NCBI GenBank assembly: GCA_021788015.1 | Contig: JAJYLD010000001.1 | Coordinates: 273,581 to 337,580 of the forward strand | Origin: a bacterium | Lineage (GTDB): Bacteria; Patescibacteriota; Patescibacteriia; Patescibacteriales; JAKAJF01 | Direction: 5' to 3' | Length of the DNA stretch: 64,000 bases | Shown: positions 1-7,387 of the stretch, one piece after another | Position numbering within the stretch: the first letter of the stretch is position 1 | Layout: every line of letters begins with the position of its first letter | The notes under the pieces: generated by a model | Seen by the model: only the letters and a program-made list of their open reading frames with translations | What the model was told of the DNA's origin: nothing | The model's database searches: none | Position numbers and translations under genes: made by a program

Positions 1-2
1 CC

Positions 3-422
3 GCGGCCCATCTTATGTTGGCCGCTTTGCGAAAAGTTTTGGGCGATCATGTCGTTCAAAAGGGAAGTAATATCACCGCAGAAAGATTGCGTTTTGATTT
101 TTCTCATCCGGAGAAGATGACAAAAGAACAAATCGAAAAAGTGGAAAAAATCGTTAACGAAGCGATTTCCGAAGATTTGCTGGTCGCGTGCGACGAGATG
201 AGTCTTGAAGAAGCGAAAAAAATAAACGCCATGGGCGTATTTGAATCAAAATACGGGGAACGGGTAAAAGTCTACACGATAGGCGAAGGGCCTAAAATTG
301 CCAGCCGAGAGATTTGCGGCGGTCCCCATGTCGAGCGTACGGGCGAGCTCGGAAAGTTTAAAATTCTTAAAGAAGAGAGCTCTTCGGCGGGGGTAAGGAG
401 AATAAAAGCCATTCTGGAATAG
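3..422 (+). CDS. alaS: alanyl-tRNA synthetase, C-terminal part (5' end outside window)
   Basis: Frame is open to the window edge ([14 protein letters not shown]...). It has the editing/second-additional-domain motifs H-x3-H and CGGPHV. Confidence 0.8.
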   Translation, partial: AAHLMLAALRKVLGDHVVQKGSNITAERLRFDFSHPEKMTKEQIEKVEKIVNEAISEDLLVACDEMSLEEAKKINAMGVFESKYGERVKVYTIGEGPKIASREICGGPHVERTGELGKFKILKEESSSAGVRRIKAILE

Positions 423-471
423 TTCTAATGTTAGAGAAAAATTTGTTAAAAATTTTGATTTATTTTTGCAC

Positions 472-500
472 TTGACACAATTTAAAAATAACTATATAAT
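472..500 (+). promoter_or_regulatory. sigma70-type promoter upstream of infA
   Basis: TTGACA (472-477), 17-nt spacer, TATAAT (495-500). Confidence 0.6.
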
Positions 501-551
501 CCAAAATAATAATGATAATTATTACAAGATTTTGGTTACCGAAGCAATCGG

Positions 552-578
552 ATGCCAAAATTTTTGTTGTTTAATTAA
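552..578 (+). promoter_or_regulatory. 8-codon uORF (MPKFLLFN) whose stop overlaps the infA start (TAATG)
   Basis: The reading frame is ATG CCA AAA TTT TTG TTG TTT AAT TAA. The last A of TAA (578) is the A of the infA ATG (578-580). Confidence 0.35.
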
Positions 579-814
579 TGTCAAAAGATCAGAAAGAAAT
601 TAACTCGAAAGACTTTATTGAAATACAAGGCGAAGTTCTCGAGTTAATGCCAGCCGCCACTTTTAAGGTCCGCCTGATAAACGGTCATGAAATTTTGGCG
701 CATTTGTCCGGAAAGATGAGAATGAACAAGATCAGATTATTGCCGGGCGACAGGGTAAGGGTGGAGATGAGCCCTTATGACTTAACAAAGGGCAGGATAA
801 CTTACAGACTGTAA
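578..814 (+). CDS. infA: translation initiation factor IF-1
   Basis: 78 aa with an S1-like fold sequence ([56 protein letters not shown]). Confidence 0.95.
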   Translation: MSKDQKEINSKDFIEIQGEVLELMPAATFKVRLINGHEILAHLSGKMRMNKIRLLPGDRVRVEMSPYDLTKGRITYRL

Positions 815-825
815 TTTAATTTATG

Positions 826-946
826 AATCCCGTCTAGAAGCCGCGATCGCTTCAATGGGAATGAGATTGAGATCGCAAATTTAAAAAATTATGCAGGTCG
901 ATGCGAATCAAAAAAAATTTGATCGCGATCTGCTTCTAATGGGATG
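826..946. repeat. start-codon-docked palindromic element, copy 1 (121 nt, candidate non-autonomous mobile element)
   Basis: Arms are CCCGTCTAGAAGC-CGCGATC ... GATCGCG-ATCT-GCTTCTAATGGG. It is preceded by TATG (822-825) and ends with the ATG of rpmJ (944-946). Confidence 0.85.
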
Positions 947-1057
947 AAAGTAAGAGCTTCGGTAAAAAAACTTTGTAAAGATTGCAAAACGATTCGACGC
1001 AAAGGTCGAGTTCATGTTATTTGTAAAAATCCAAAACATAAACAAAGACAAGGGTAA
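944..1057 (+). CDS. rpmJ: 50S ribosomal protein L36 (below the ORF-track size cutoff)
   Basis: Translates to [37 protein letters not shown]. It sits in the classic position between infA and rpsM. Confidence 0.9.
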   Translation: MKVRASVKKLCKDCKTIRRKGRVHVICKNPKHKQRQG

Positions 1058-1062
1058 AAATA

Positions 1063-1292
1063 AAATTCTAAGCACTAATCTCTAAATCCTAAATTCACCC
1101 CGGCACCTTCAAGATTTTATTCCCGAATAAGTTATTTCCAAACCTTGAGTTTTAAAAAACCAAAATTTTGTTTTTAATACGAAAAGGCGCGGGGCAAGAA
1201 TCCAAAATTATAAATCCGAATGGCGAAACGTTTTGAATTTTAGTTTTTGTCATTGAGATGTTTAGAATTTAGAAGTTAGGATTTAGGATTTT
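1063..1292. repeat. long AT-rich hairpin element with TCTAAAT-type word arms (family 4, copy a)
   Basis: Left arm aaattctaagcactaatctctaaatcctaaattc pairs with right arm tttagaatttagaagttaggatttaggatttt. Related copies are at 2385, 40161 and 62943. Confidence 0.7.
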
Positions 1293-1300
1293 AAAAATAT

Positions 1301-1693
1301 ATGGCAGTAAGAATCGCGGGAGTGACAATTCCAAATGAAAAAAGGGTCGAGATCGCTTTGACTTATATTTTTGGAATTGGCATGGCAAAATCAAGCCAAG
1401 TTTTAAAACAAGCCAAAGTCAATCCAGACACTCGCGTTAAAGATTTAACCGAAGAAGAATCGAACAGGCTTAGAGAACTTATCGAAAAACATAACATGGT
1501 TGAGGGTGATCTGAAAAGAGAAATTTTAAGCAATGTAAAACGTTTGAAAGAAATCGGTTCTTATCGGGGCTCGAGACATGCGAAGGGTTTGCCGGTCAGA
1601 GGCCAAAGGACAAAGACCAATAATAGAACAGTGCGCGGAAACGTCAGAAAGACGGCCACGTCGGGAAAGAAACCGCCGGCGCAAAAAACATAA
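1301..1693 (+). CDS. rpsM: 30S ribosomal protein S13
   Basis: [27 protein letters not shown]... with a basic C-terminus; operon context supports the call. Confidence 0.95.
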   Translation: MAVRIAGVTIPNEKRVEIALTYIFGIGMAKSSQVLKQAKVNPDTRVKDLTEEESNRLRELIEKHNMVEGDLKREILSNVKRLKEIGSYRGSRHAKGLPVRGQRTKTNNRTVRGNVRKTATSGKKPPAQKT

Positions 1694-1696
1694 AAA

Positions 1697-1831
1697 ACAC
1701 GAAAGAAACGGATAGGCACGCGAATAAAAACGAAAGATAGTGCGAACTTCGATTTCTGGACAGTGTTTTTAATAAATTTAAAGCTAGTTTTTAATTCGTT
1801 AAGTTTCGTGATCATATTCGTTTAATTCGTG
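1697..1831. repeat. ACGAA-word hairpin element (family 5, copy a)
   Basis: Ends cacgaaagaaacgg / cgtttaattcgtg are inverted. The 3' block ttttaattcgttaagtttcgtgatcatattcgtttaatt recurs at 9786-9824. Confidence 0.7.
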
Positions 1832-1841
1832 TTTAATTATT

Positions 1842-2378
1842 ATGACTGAAGAAAAAAATATTGAAAGAGAAACCAATGAAGTAATAAAAGCGGAAGAACC
1901 CGCCAAATTTGTTGATTCTGAAGCGGAAAGTACTCCAGAAGAATTGCCGGAAGAAGTAAAGAAGAAACTAGAAAAAGCGAAGACGGAAAAAACTCCGGTC
2001 AAAGGCAAGAGGAAGAAAAGGGGAGAGAAGAAAGTTTCAAGTGGCAAGGCATACATTAAAGCGACTTATAATAATACCATTGTTTCTTTGGCGGATATGA
2101 ACGGAAATACGGTTTCTTGGGCGAGCGCAGGGATGGCCGGCTTCAAGGGCGCGAAGAAATCAACTCCTTACGCCGCTTCGATCGTTACGAGAATCGCCGT
2201 TGAAAAAGCGAAAGAATACGGGCTTAAAGAAGTTATGGTTTTTGTTAAAGGAGTCGGAACCGGCCGAGAATCGGCAGTTCGCGCTTTAAACGCAAACGGC
2301 TTGATAGTCACGCAAATTAAGGATGTTACCTCGATGCCTCATAATGGTTGTCGTCCGAAAAAACCGAGAAGAGTATAA
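1842..2378 (+). CDS. rpsK: 30S ribosomal protein S11 with ~55-aa acidic/lysine-rich N-terminal extension
   Basis: The core is [45 protein letters not shown]. The N-terminal part is E/K-rich low complexity. Confidence 0.9.
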   Translation: MTEEKNIERETNEVIKAEEPAKFVDSEAESTPEELPEEVKKKLEKAKTEKTPVKGKRKKRGEKKVSSGKAYIKATYNNTIVSLADMNGNTVSWASAGMAGFKGAKKSTPYAASIVTRIAVEKAKEYGLKEVMVFVKGVGTGRESAVRALNANGLIVTQIKDVTSMPHNGCRPKKPRRV

Positions 2379-2384
2379 TTAAAA

Positions 2385-2482
2385 AAATTAGAAGCATAAA
2401 ATTCTAAATCCCAAACAATTCTAAAATTCAAATGGACAAAATAAAAATATTTTTAATTTAGATATTAGAATTTAGGAATTTT
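2385..2482. repeat. AT-rich word-arm hairpin (family 4, copy b)
   Basis: aaattagaagcataaaattctaaatcc ... ttagatattagaatttaggaatttt fills the rpsK-rpsD spacer. Confidence 0.65.
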
Positions 2483-2490
2483 AAATATTT

Positions 2491-3120
2491 ATGGCAAAAA
2501 ATTTGATACCACAATGCAAACAGTGCCGAAGAGCGGGACAAAAGTTATTTCTCAAAGGCGAGCGCTGTTACTCGCAAAAATGTGAAATAGTAAAAAGAAA
2601 TTATCCGCCCGGAATCCATGGCGTAAAAGGTAAAAAGAGACAAAGCGAATACGGCATGCAATTGCAGGAAAAGCAAAACGCGAAAAAGGAATACGGCCTT
2701 TTGGAAAAACAGTTCCGTTTAACTTTTGAAAAAGCGAAAAGGGAACAGGGTCAGGCCGGTGAAAATCTGCTTAAGTTGCTTGAAACGAGATTGGACAATG
2801 CCATTTACCGTTTGGGGATCGCCGCCAATCGCAATCAGGCCAGACAGATTATCGGCCACGGCCACATCGTGGTCAATGACAAAAAAGTAAACATTCCTTC
2901 ATTTCAACTTAAGTCGGGTGATGTTATAAAAATAAAACCGGCCAGCAAAAAATCGAAATTGTTTTCGGATTTGGAGACAAAACTTAAAAAAACGCAAATC
3001 CCGGGCTGGTTGAATTTTGACGTTAAGGAATCTACGGCTAAAATTTTGCACCGACCGAATATGGACGACATTAAAACCAATATCAATGTTCAGATGATCG
3101 TTGAATATTATTCAAAGTAA
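2491..3120 (+). CDS. rpsD: 30S ribosomal protein S4
   Basis: N-terminal CKQCRR...C..KC zinc-ribbon-like segment and an S4 domain (RLDNAIYRLGIAANRNQARQIIGHGHIVVN). Confidence 0.95.
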   Translation: MAKNLIPQCKQCRRAGQKLFLKGERCYSQKCEIVKRNYPPGIHGVKGKKRQSEYGMQLQEKQNAKKEYGLLEKQFRLTFEKAKREQGQAGENLLKLLETRLDNAIYRLGIAANRNQARQIIGHGHIVVNDKKVNIPSFQLKSGDVIKIKPASKKSKLFSDLETKLKKTQIPGWLNFDVKESTAKILHRPNMDDIKTNINVQMIVEYYSK

Positions 3121-3221
3121 AATAAAAATGAGCCCGCTGTCGTCTGCCTGTCCGGTAGGCGGGGCGTGGACAAGGAGTCCCATCAGATATTTTTTGTTCT
3201 TGCATCATATCTTTTTAAACG

Positions 3222-3278
3222 GAATCCGCATTTAGATAATTCTAGGCATATTTAACACGGAATATCTAATCGGGATTC
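3222..3278. repeat. imperfect hairpin in rpsD-rpoA spacer
   Basis: GAATCCGCATTTAGATA (3222-3238) pairs with TATCTAATCGGGATTC (3263-3278). Confidence 0.55.
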
Positions 3279-3292
3279 ATAATATTTAAAAT

Positions 3293-4111
3293 ATGCAAAC
3301 AATCGCTTTACCTAAGAAAATCGAATTTAAAAAAGGCGAGGAGCCGAATCGCGGTTCAATCATTATAGAGCCTTGCTATCCCGGTTACGGGACCACTTTG
3401 GGTAATTCATTGCGACGCGTTTTGATTTCGTCTTTGCCGGGAGCGGCCGTAGTCGGGGTAAAAATAAAAGGAGCCGACCACGAATTTACAGCCATCCCGC
3501 ATATCAAAGAAGATGTCTTGGAAATTATTTTAAATTTAAAGCAACTGCGCTTAAAGGTTTATAGTGAAGAGATCGTGAAATTAAACTTGGAAGTTCATGG
3601 CGAAAAAGAAGTGAAAGCGAGTGATATCGAAAAAAACAGCGAAGTTGAAATTATCAATAAAAATTTGGTTATCGCTCACATAACCGATATGGCCGGCAGT
3701 TTAAGCATGGAAGTTTACGTCTCGCAGGGCCGAGGCTACGAAACCATAGAGGCAAGAGAGACAAAAAAGCACGAAATCGGCTATATCGAGATGGATTCAA
3801 TTTTTTCTCCGGTATTTTCCGTCGGAGTTAATATTGAAAATGTTCGCGTCGGAAAAATGACCAACTGGGATAAATTAATCTTGGATATAACCACGGACGG
3901 CACTATCGCCCCGAAAGAAGCGTTTAATCAGGCCGTTGAAATTTTAATCAACCAATTCACCTCTTTAAAAACTATTGAGGAGGGCGAAGCGATTGAAGAA
4001 AAAAAAGAAGAAGTTGAAGAACCGGTTGAAGAAACGAAGGCGAAAGAGGAAGAAAAAGAAGAGATCGGAGTCGGGGAAAAGAAAAAAAGAGGCCGACCGA
4101 AAAAGGTTTAA
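3293..4111 (+). CDS. rpoA: RNA polymerase alpha subunit, N-terminal domain plus acidic linker and KRGRPKK tail (no recognisable alpha-CTD)
   Basis: The alpha-NTD sequence is present (GTTLGNSLRRVLISSLPGAAV..). The protein is only 272 aa and the last ~45 aa are E/K-rich, ending GEKKKRGRPKKV. Confidence 0.85.
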   Translation: MQTIALPKKIEFKKGEEPNRGSIIIEPCYPGYGTTLGNSLRRVLISSLPGAAVVGVKIKGADHEFTAIPHIKEDVLEIILNLKQLRLKVYSEEIVKLNLEVHGEKEVKASDIEKNSEVEIINKNLVIAHITDMAGSLSMEVYVSQGRGYETIEARETKKHEIGYIEMDSIFSPVFSVGVNIENVRVGKMTNWDKLILDITTDGTIAPKEAFNQAVEILINQFTSLKTIEEGEAIEEKKEEVEEPVEETKAKEEEKEEIGVGEKKKRGRPKKV

Positions 4112-4116
4112 ATCTG

Positions 4117-4226
4117 GTCATGCTGGAGGGAACCACGAGTCTTCGGGACGACCGATAGCATTTCGCACCACGAGATCCTATCCCCCGGATCAAGCCCGGG
4201 GCTAAAGGCAATCGCTCCAGGATGAC
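4117..4226. repeat. GTCAT-TIR hairpin element (family 2, copy A, MITE-like)
   Basis: Ends are GTCATGCTGGAG ... CTCCAGGATGAC. The nested hairpin GATAGCATTTCG/CGAGATCCTATC is shared with the copies at 4939 and 34948. Confidence 0.85.
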
Positions 4227-4234
4227 ATAACTAT

Positions 4235-4585
4235 ATGCGACACAGAGTAAAAGGAAAAATTTTAGACAGAAAAAAAGAACCGAGAGAAATGATGTTAAAA
4301 AATTTGGCATCAAGCGTTTTGATATACGAAAAAGTAAAGACGACCGAAGCGAAAGCGAAAGCGGTAAGAACTTTGGTTGAACGGGCGATTACGACTTCAA
4401 AGAAAGGCGATCTGAACGCGCGTAGAAAATTAATCGCAACTTTGCCGCAAAAAATGGCCGTAAAAAAAGCCATGGAAGTTTTGGGCAAGCGCTATGAAGA
4501 AAGAAATGGCGGCTACACGCGAATGGTTAAGTTGGGCGTAAGACCGGGAGACGGCGCCGAGATTGTTCAAATTGAATTAGTATAA
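4235..4585 (+). CDS. rplQ: 50S ribosomal protein L17
   Basis: MRHRVKGKILDRKKEPREMMLKNLASSVLIYEKVKTTEAKAKAVR...; operon position supports the call. Confidence 0.9.
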   Translation: MRHRVKGKILDRKKEPREMMLKNLASSVLIYEKVKTTEAKAKAVRTLVERAITTSKKGDLNARRKLIATLPQKMAVKKAMEVLGKRYEERNGGYTRMVKLGVRPGDGAEIVQIELV

Positions 4586-4595
4586 ATTATTTTGT

Positions 4596-4934
4596 ATGAC
4601 AAGAAAATTACATAAAATCGACGCGACAAACAAATCAGTGGGTCGATTGGCGACACAAATCGCCGTTCTTTTGCGCGGAAAAGACAAGCCGGAATTCGAA
4701 CCGCATAAAGACGATGGCGACATTGTCGAAGTTGCAAATATTAAAGATGTAAAATTTACGGGGAAAAAAATTGAGCAGAAAAAATATTTTAGCTATTCCG
4801 GCTATCCGGGCGGGTTGAAAGAAAAAAAGATAAAAAGTTTAAAACCGGAAGAAATTTTATTCCGAGCCGTCCGCGAAATGCTTCCCGATAACAGGTTGCG
4901 AAATGGAATGCTCAAGAGATTAATCATTAAATAG
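4596..4934 (+). CDS. rplM: 50S ribosomal protein L13 (short form, 112 aa)
   Basis: KIDATNKSVGRLATQIAVLLRGKDKPEFEPH..GD.V.V.N; followed by rpsI as in most bacteria. Confidence 0.85.
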   Translation: MTRKLHKIDATNKSVGRLATQIAVLLRGKDKPEFEPHKDDGDIVEVANIKDVKFTGKKIEQKKYFSYSGYPGGLKEKKIKSLKPEEILFRAVREMLPDNRLRNGMLKRLIIK

Positions 4935-4938
4935 AAGT

Positions 4939-5020
4939 GTCATACCGGAGGGAGTTCTGGACTCGGGACGACCTATAGCATCTCGCACCACGAGATCCTA
5001 TCGCTTCGCTCCAGGATGAC
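4939..5020. repeat. GTCAT-TIR hairpin element (family 2, copy B)
   Basis: GTCATACCGGAG ... CTCCAGGATGAC, 82 nt, same orientation as copy A. Confidence 0.85.
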
Positions 5021-5027
5021 TATTTAT

Positions 5028-5483
5028 ATGCCAACAGCAAAAAAGACAACTGAAGAGAAATTAAAAAAACCGGAGATCAAAGAAGAAGTAAAATTCAAAG
5101 GTAAATATACTGAAGCGGTCGGAAAAAGAAAAACCGCATCCGCCACGGTCAGACTGTATAAAAACGGAAACGGCAATATAATCGTGAACGGAATGAAAAT
5201 TAACCAATATTTTACGAATGAATTGGCGGCGGTCGCAACTCAGCCGATTAAATTGATCGGCGCCAAAGAGGCTAATTTTTCGGTTGTGGTTCGAGGCGGC
5301 GGAAAGAGCGGCCAGGCCGACGCGGTAAAGTTGGGCATCTCTCGAGTTTTGATAAAATCGGATAAAGATTTGAAAACGACTTTAAAAGCAAAAGATTTTT
5401 TAACTCGGGACTCAAGAAAGAAGGAAAGAAAGAAACCGGGCTTGAAACGAGCGAGAAGGGCCCCGCAATGGAGCAAACGTTAA
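5028..5483 (+). CDS. rpsI: 30S ribosomal protein S9 with ~25-aa K/E-rich N-terminal extension
   Basis: Core is GKRKTASATVRLY...GGGKSGQADAVKLGISRVL...RRAPQWSKR. The ORF-track start at 5016 lies inside the repeat, so ATG 5028 is preferred. Confidence 0.9.
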   Translation: MPTAKKTTEEKLKKPEIKEEVKFKGKYTEAVGKRKTASATVRLYKNGNGNIIVNGMKINQYFTNELAAVATQPIKLIGAKEANFSVVVRGGGKSGQADAVKLGISRVLIKSDKDLKTTLKAKDFLTRDSRKKERKKPGLKRARRAPQWSKR

Positions 5484-5491
5484 GAAAAATC

Positions 5492-5518
5492 GTCATTCCC
5501 GCGAAGGCGGGAATCCAG
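5492..5518. repeat. ATTCCC-N8-GGGAAT hairpin (family 3)
   Basis: gtcATTCCCgcgaaggcGGGAATccag; a related copy gtcATTCCCctacgaaagcGGGAATtcag lies at 19997-20025. Confidence 0.8.
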
Positions 5519-5564
5519 AAGAACGTCTATTCTGTTCAAATATCAAAAAATGTCAGCCAAAAGG

Positions 5565-5593
5565 TTGACATTTTTTGATACTTATGTTAAATA
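5565..5593 (+). promoter_or_regulatory. promoter embedded in a 14-bp perfect inverted repeat
   Basis: TTGACA (5565-5570), 17 nt, TAAATA (5588-5593). The inverted repeat is ATCAAAAAATGTCA (5542-5555) / TGACATTTTTTGAT (5566-5579). Confidence 0.45.
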
Positions 5594-5636
5594 AAATAAC
5601 TGGACTTTAAAATCAAAATGAGGAATAGCTCTATGG

Positions 5637-5849
5637 ATGCCAAATAAACTGCAATCTCTTCGCCTGGGCATCTAAATACAAAACCAACCAAGAGATGCTG
5701 TACGGGAAGTGGCCGTTTTTTGTATAAACAAAAAGCTCGGAGATGATAGTGTCATCTTTAAGCATGCGATCACGGGGAAATTGGTGACGGAGCAGTGCGG
5801 AGTCCTTGCCCGATTTGACATGGAGCTAATTGAGAAGGTTAGAAATTAG
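5637..5849 (+). pseudogene. degenerate 70-codon ORF with one in-frame TAA (5673-5675)
   Basis: Reads MPNKLQSLRLGI*IQNQPRDAVREVAVFCINKKLGDDSVIFKHAITGKLVTEQCGVLARFDMELIEKVRN*. Composition is protein-like and GC-richer than the flanks. Confidence 0.3.
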
Positions 5850-5887
5850 TCTTCTTTTTTTTGCCTTTTTATGTTAAAATTTCCTAT

Positions 5888-7348
5888 ATGTCGGAAAAAA
5901 TTACCAACATTGCCAAAAACACATCCTACTTCACCCTGGCCCTAATATTACAAAAAATAATCTCATTTGTATATTTTACCTTGCTGGCGCGGGCGCTCGG
6001 ACCGGATGATCTTGGCAAATATTATTTCGCCATATCTTTTACCACGATTTTTTCGATTTTTATCGATATCGGTTTCTCGAATGTTTTAACCCGCGAGGTC
6101 GCAAAAACCAAAGAAAAAACCGAATCTTATCTCGGAAGCATCCTGGCCTTAAAAGTTCCCTTGTCCGTTGTTTCATTGGCTGCGGTTTTTATTTTAATCA
6201 ACGTTTTGCACTACCCGAGCCTGACGCGCGATCTCGTTTATATCTCGTCCATTTCCATGGTTTTGGACTCGTTCACCCTGACTTTTTTTGCCGTCGCTCG
6301 CGGTTTCCATAATCTGCTTTACGAAAGCATTTCCTCGATTATTTTCCAGCTCATTGTTCTTGTTTTCGGTCTTTATGTTTTATATTCGGGATGGGGTTTG
6401 AAATGGCAAATGTTCGCGCTGGCCCTGGCCAGTATTTTTAATTTTACTTATTCTTTCACCTTGCTTGTCAAAAAATGGAAAATAAAAGTGAAATTGATTT
6501 TCAATCGCGAACTTTTAAAATACGTTTTTACTCTTACAATTCCGTTCGCTTTATACGGCATTTTCTCAAGACTGTTCACGTATCTCGACTCGGTTTTATT
6601 AGGAATTTTGGCCGGGGATACGTATGTCGGCCTTTATCAGGTCGCTTTTAAAATCATAAACGCTTTGCAATTTTTGCCCGCGGCCTTCGCGGCTTCTCTT
6701 TATCCGGCCCTAAGCGCGTATTGGGTTCGTAACCGCGAACAGTTGGCGATTACTTTCGAACGCGCCATGAATTATTTGATTATCATTTCATTGCCTATAG
6801 CCATCGGCATATTCGCGCTGGCGGATAAAATCGTTTTGGTATTCAAGGGCGGATACGGAGGCTCCGTTTTGCCCTTGCAAATAACCATCATTTCCGTACC
6901 GTTCGTATTTTTGGGATTCCCCCTGGGCGCGCTTTTAAACGCTTGCGACCGGCAAAAGGCGAACACGGTTATTATGGGCATTGTCATGGTTACGAGCACG
7001 ATCATGAACATAATTTTGATTCCGCATTATAAGGCGGTCGGCGCCAGTCTTACCAATTTAACGACAAATATTTTAATGTTCGTTTTGGCCATGGCCTTGG
7101 TTCCGAAAATCATAACTTATCATGCCGGAAAAAATATTATTTTATTTTCCAAGGCGTTTTTGGCCGTTTTTATTATGGGCGTTTTCGCTTGGTATTTTAA
7201 AACAAAAATGAATATTTTTATAGTCGTCATTCTCGGCGGAGTTTTGTATTTCTTTCTCCTTTATCTTTTTGGCGGATTTAAAAAAGAAGATATCGCAAGC
7301 ATATTTAAATCATTTTCCAGAAAAACAGTCGCGAACATGGACGAATAA
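5888..7348 (+). CDS. polysaccharide/lipid-linked oligosaccharide flippase (MOP/Wzx family)
   Basis: About 12-14 predicted TM segments with a typical Wzx-like N-terminus (NTSYFTLALILQKIISFVYFTLLARALGPDDLGKY). ATG 5888 is preferred over the TTG at 5861. Confidence 0.8.
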   Translation: MSEKITNIAKNTSYFTLALILQKIISFVYFTLLARALGPDDLGKYYFAISFTTIFSIFIDIGFSNVLTREVAKTKEKTESYLGSILALKVPLSVVSLAAVFILINVLHYPSLTRDLVYISSISMVLDSFTLTFFAVARGFHNLLYESISSIIFQLIVLVFGLYVLYSGWGLKWQMFALALASIFNFTYSFTLLVKKWKIKVKLIFNRELLKYVFTLTIPFALYGIFSRLFTYLDSVLLGILAGDTYVGLYQVAFKIINALQFLPAAFAASLYPALSAYWVRNREQLAITFERAMNYLIIISLPIAIGIFALADKIVLVFKGGYGGSVLPLQITIISVPFVFLGFPLGALLNACDRQKANTVIMGIVMVTSTIMNIILIPHYKAVGASLTNLTTNILMFVLAMALVPKIITYHAGKNIILFSKAFLAVFIMGVFAWYFKTKMNIFIVVILGGVLYFFLLYLFGGFKKEDIASIFKSFSRKTVANMDE

Positions 7349-7387
7349 AACACGAATTTCGCAAAGGCGATTAAATTAATTAGGCAA

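Noticed and set aside
826-946. Start-codon-docked element as an integron attC site or CRISPR repeat.
   Set aside because: attC sites have RYYYAAC at the 5' end and GTTRRRY at the 3' end. Here the order is reversed (GTTAGAA...TTCTAAC), and no integrase or cassette array is present. The copies are dispersed singletons rather than a direct-repeat/spacer array.
3975-4205. 76-aa K/R-rich ORF overlapping the rpoA tail and the family-2 element.
   Set aside because: It is the alternative frame of the GAA/AAG-rich rpoA 3' end and runs into a repeat. It is an artefact of purine-rich sequence.
5673-5675. In-frame TAA as evidence of stop-codon reassignment.
   Set aside because: Many confidently called genes in the window terminate with TAA, and TGA and TAG also behave as stops. 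A pseudogene is the simpler explanation.
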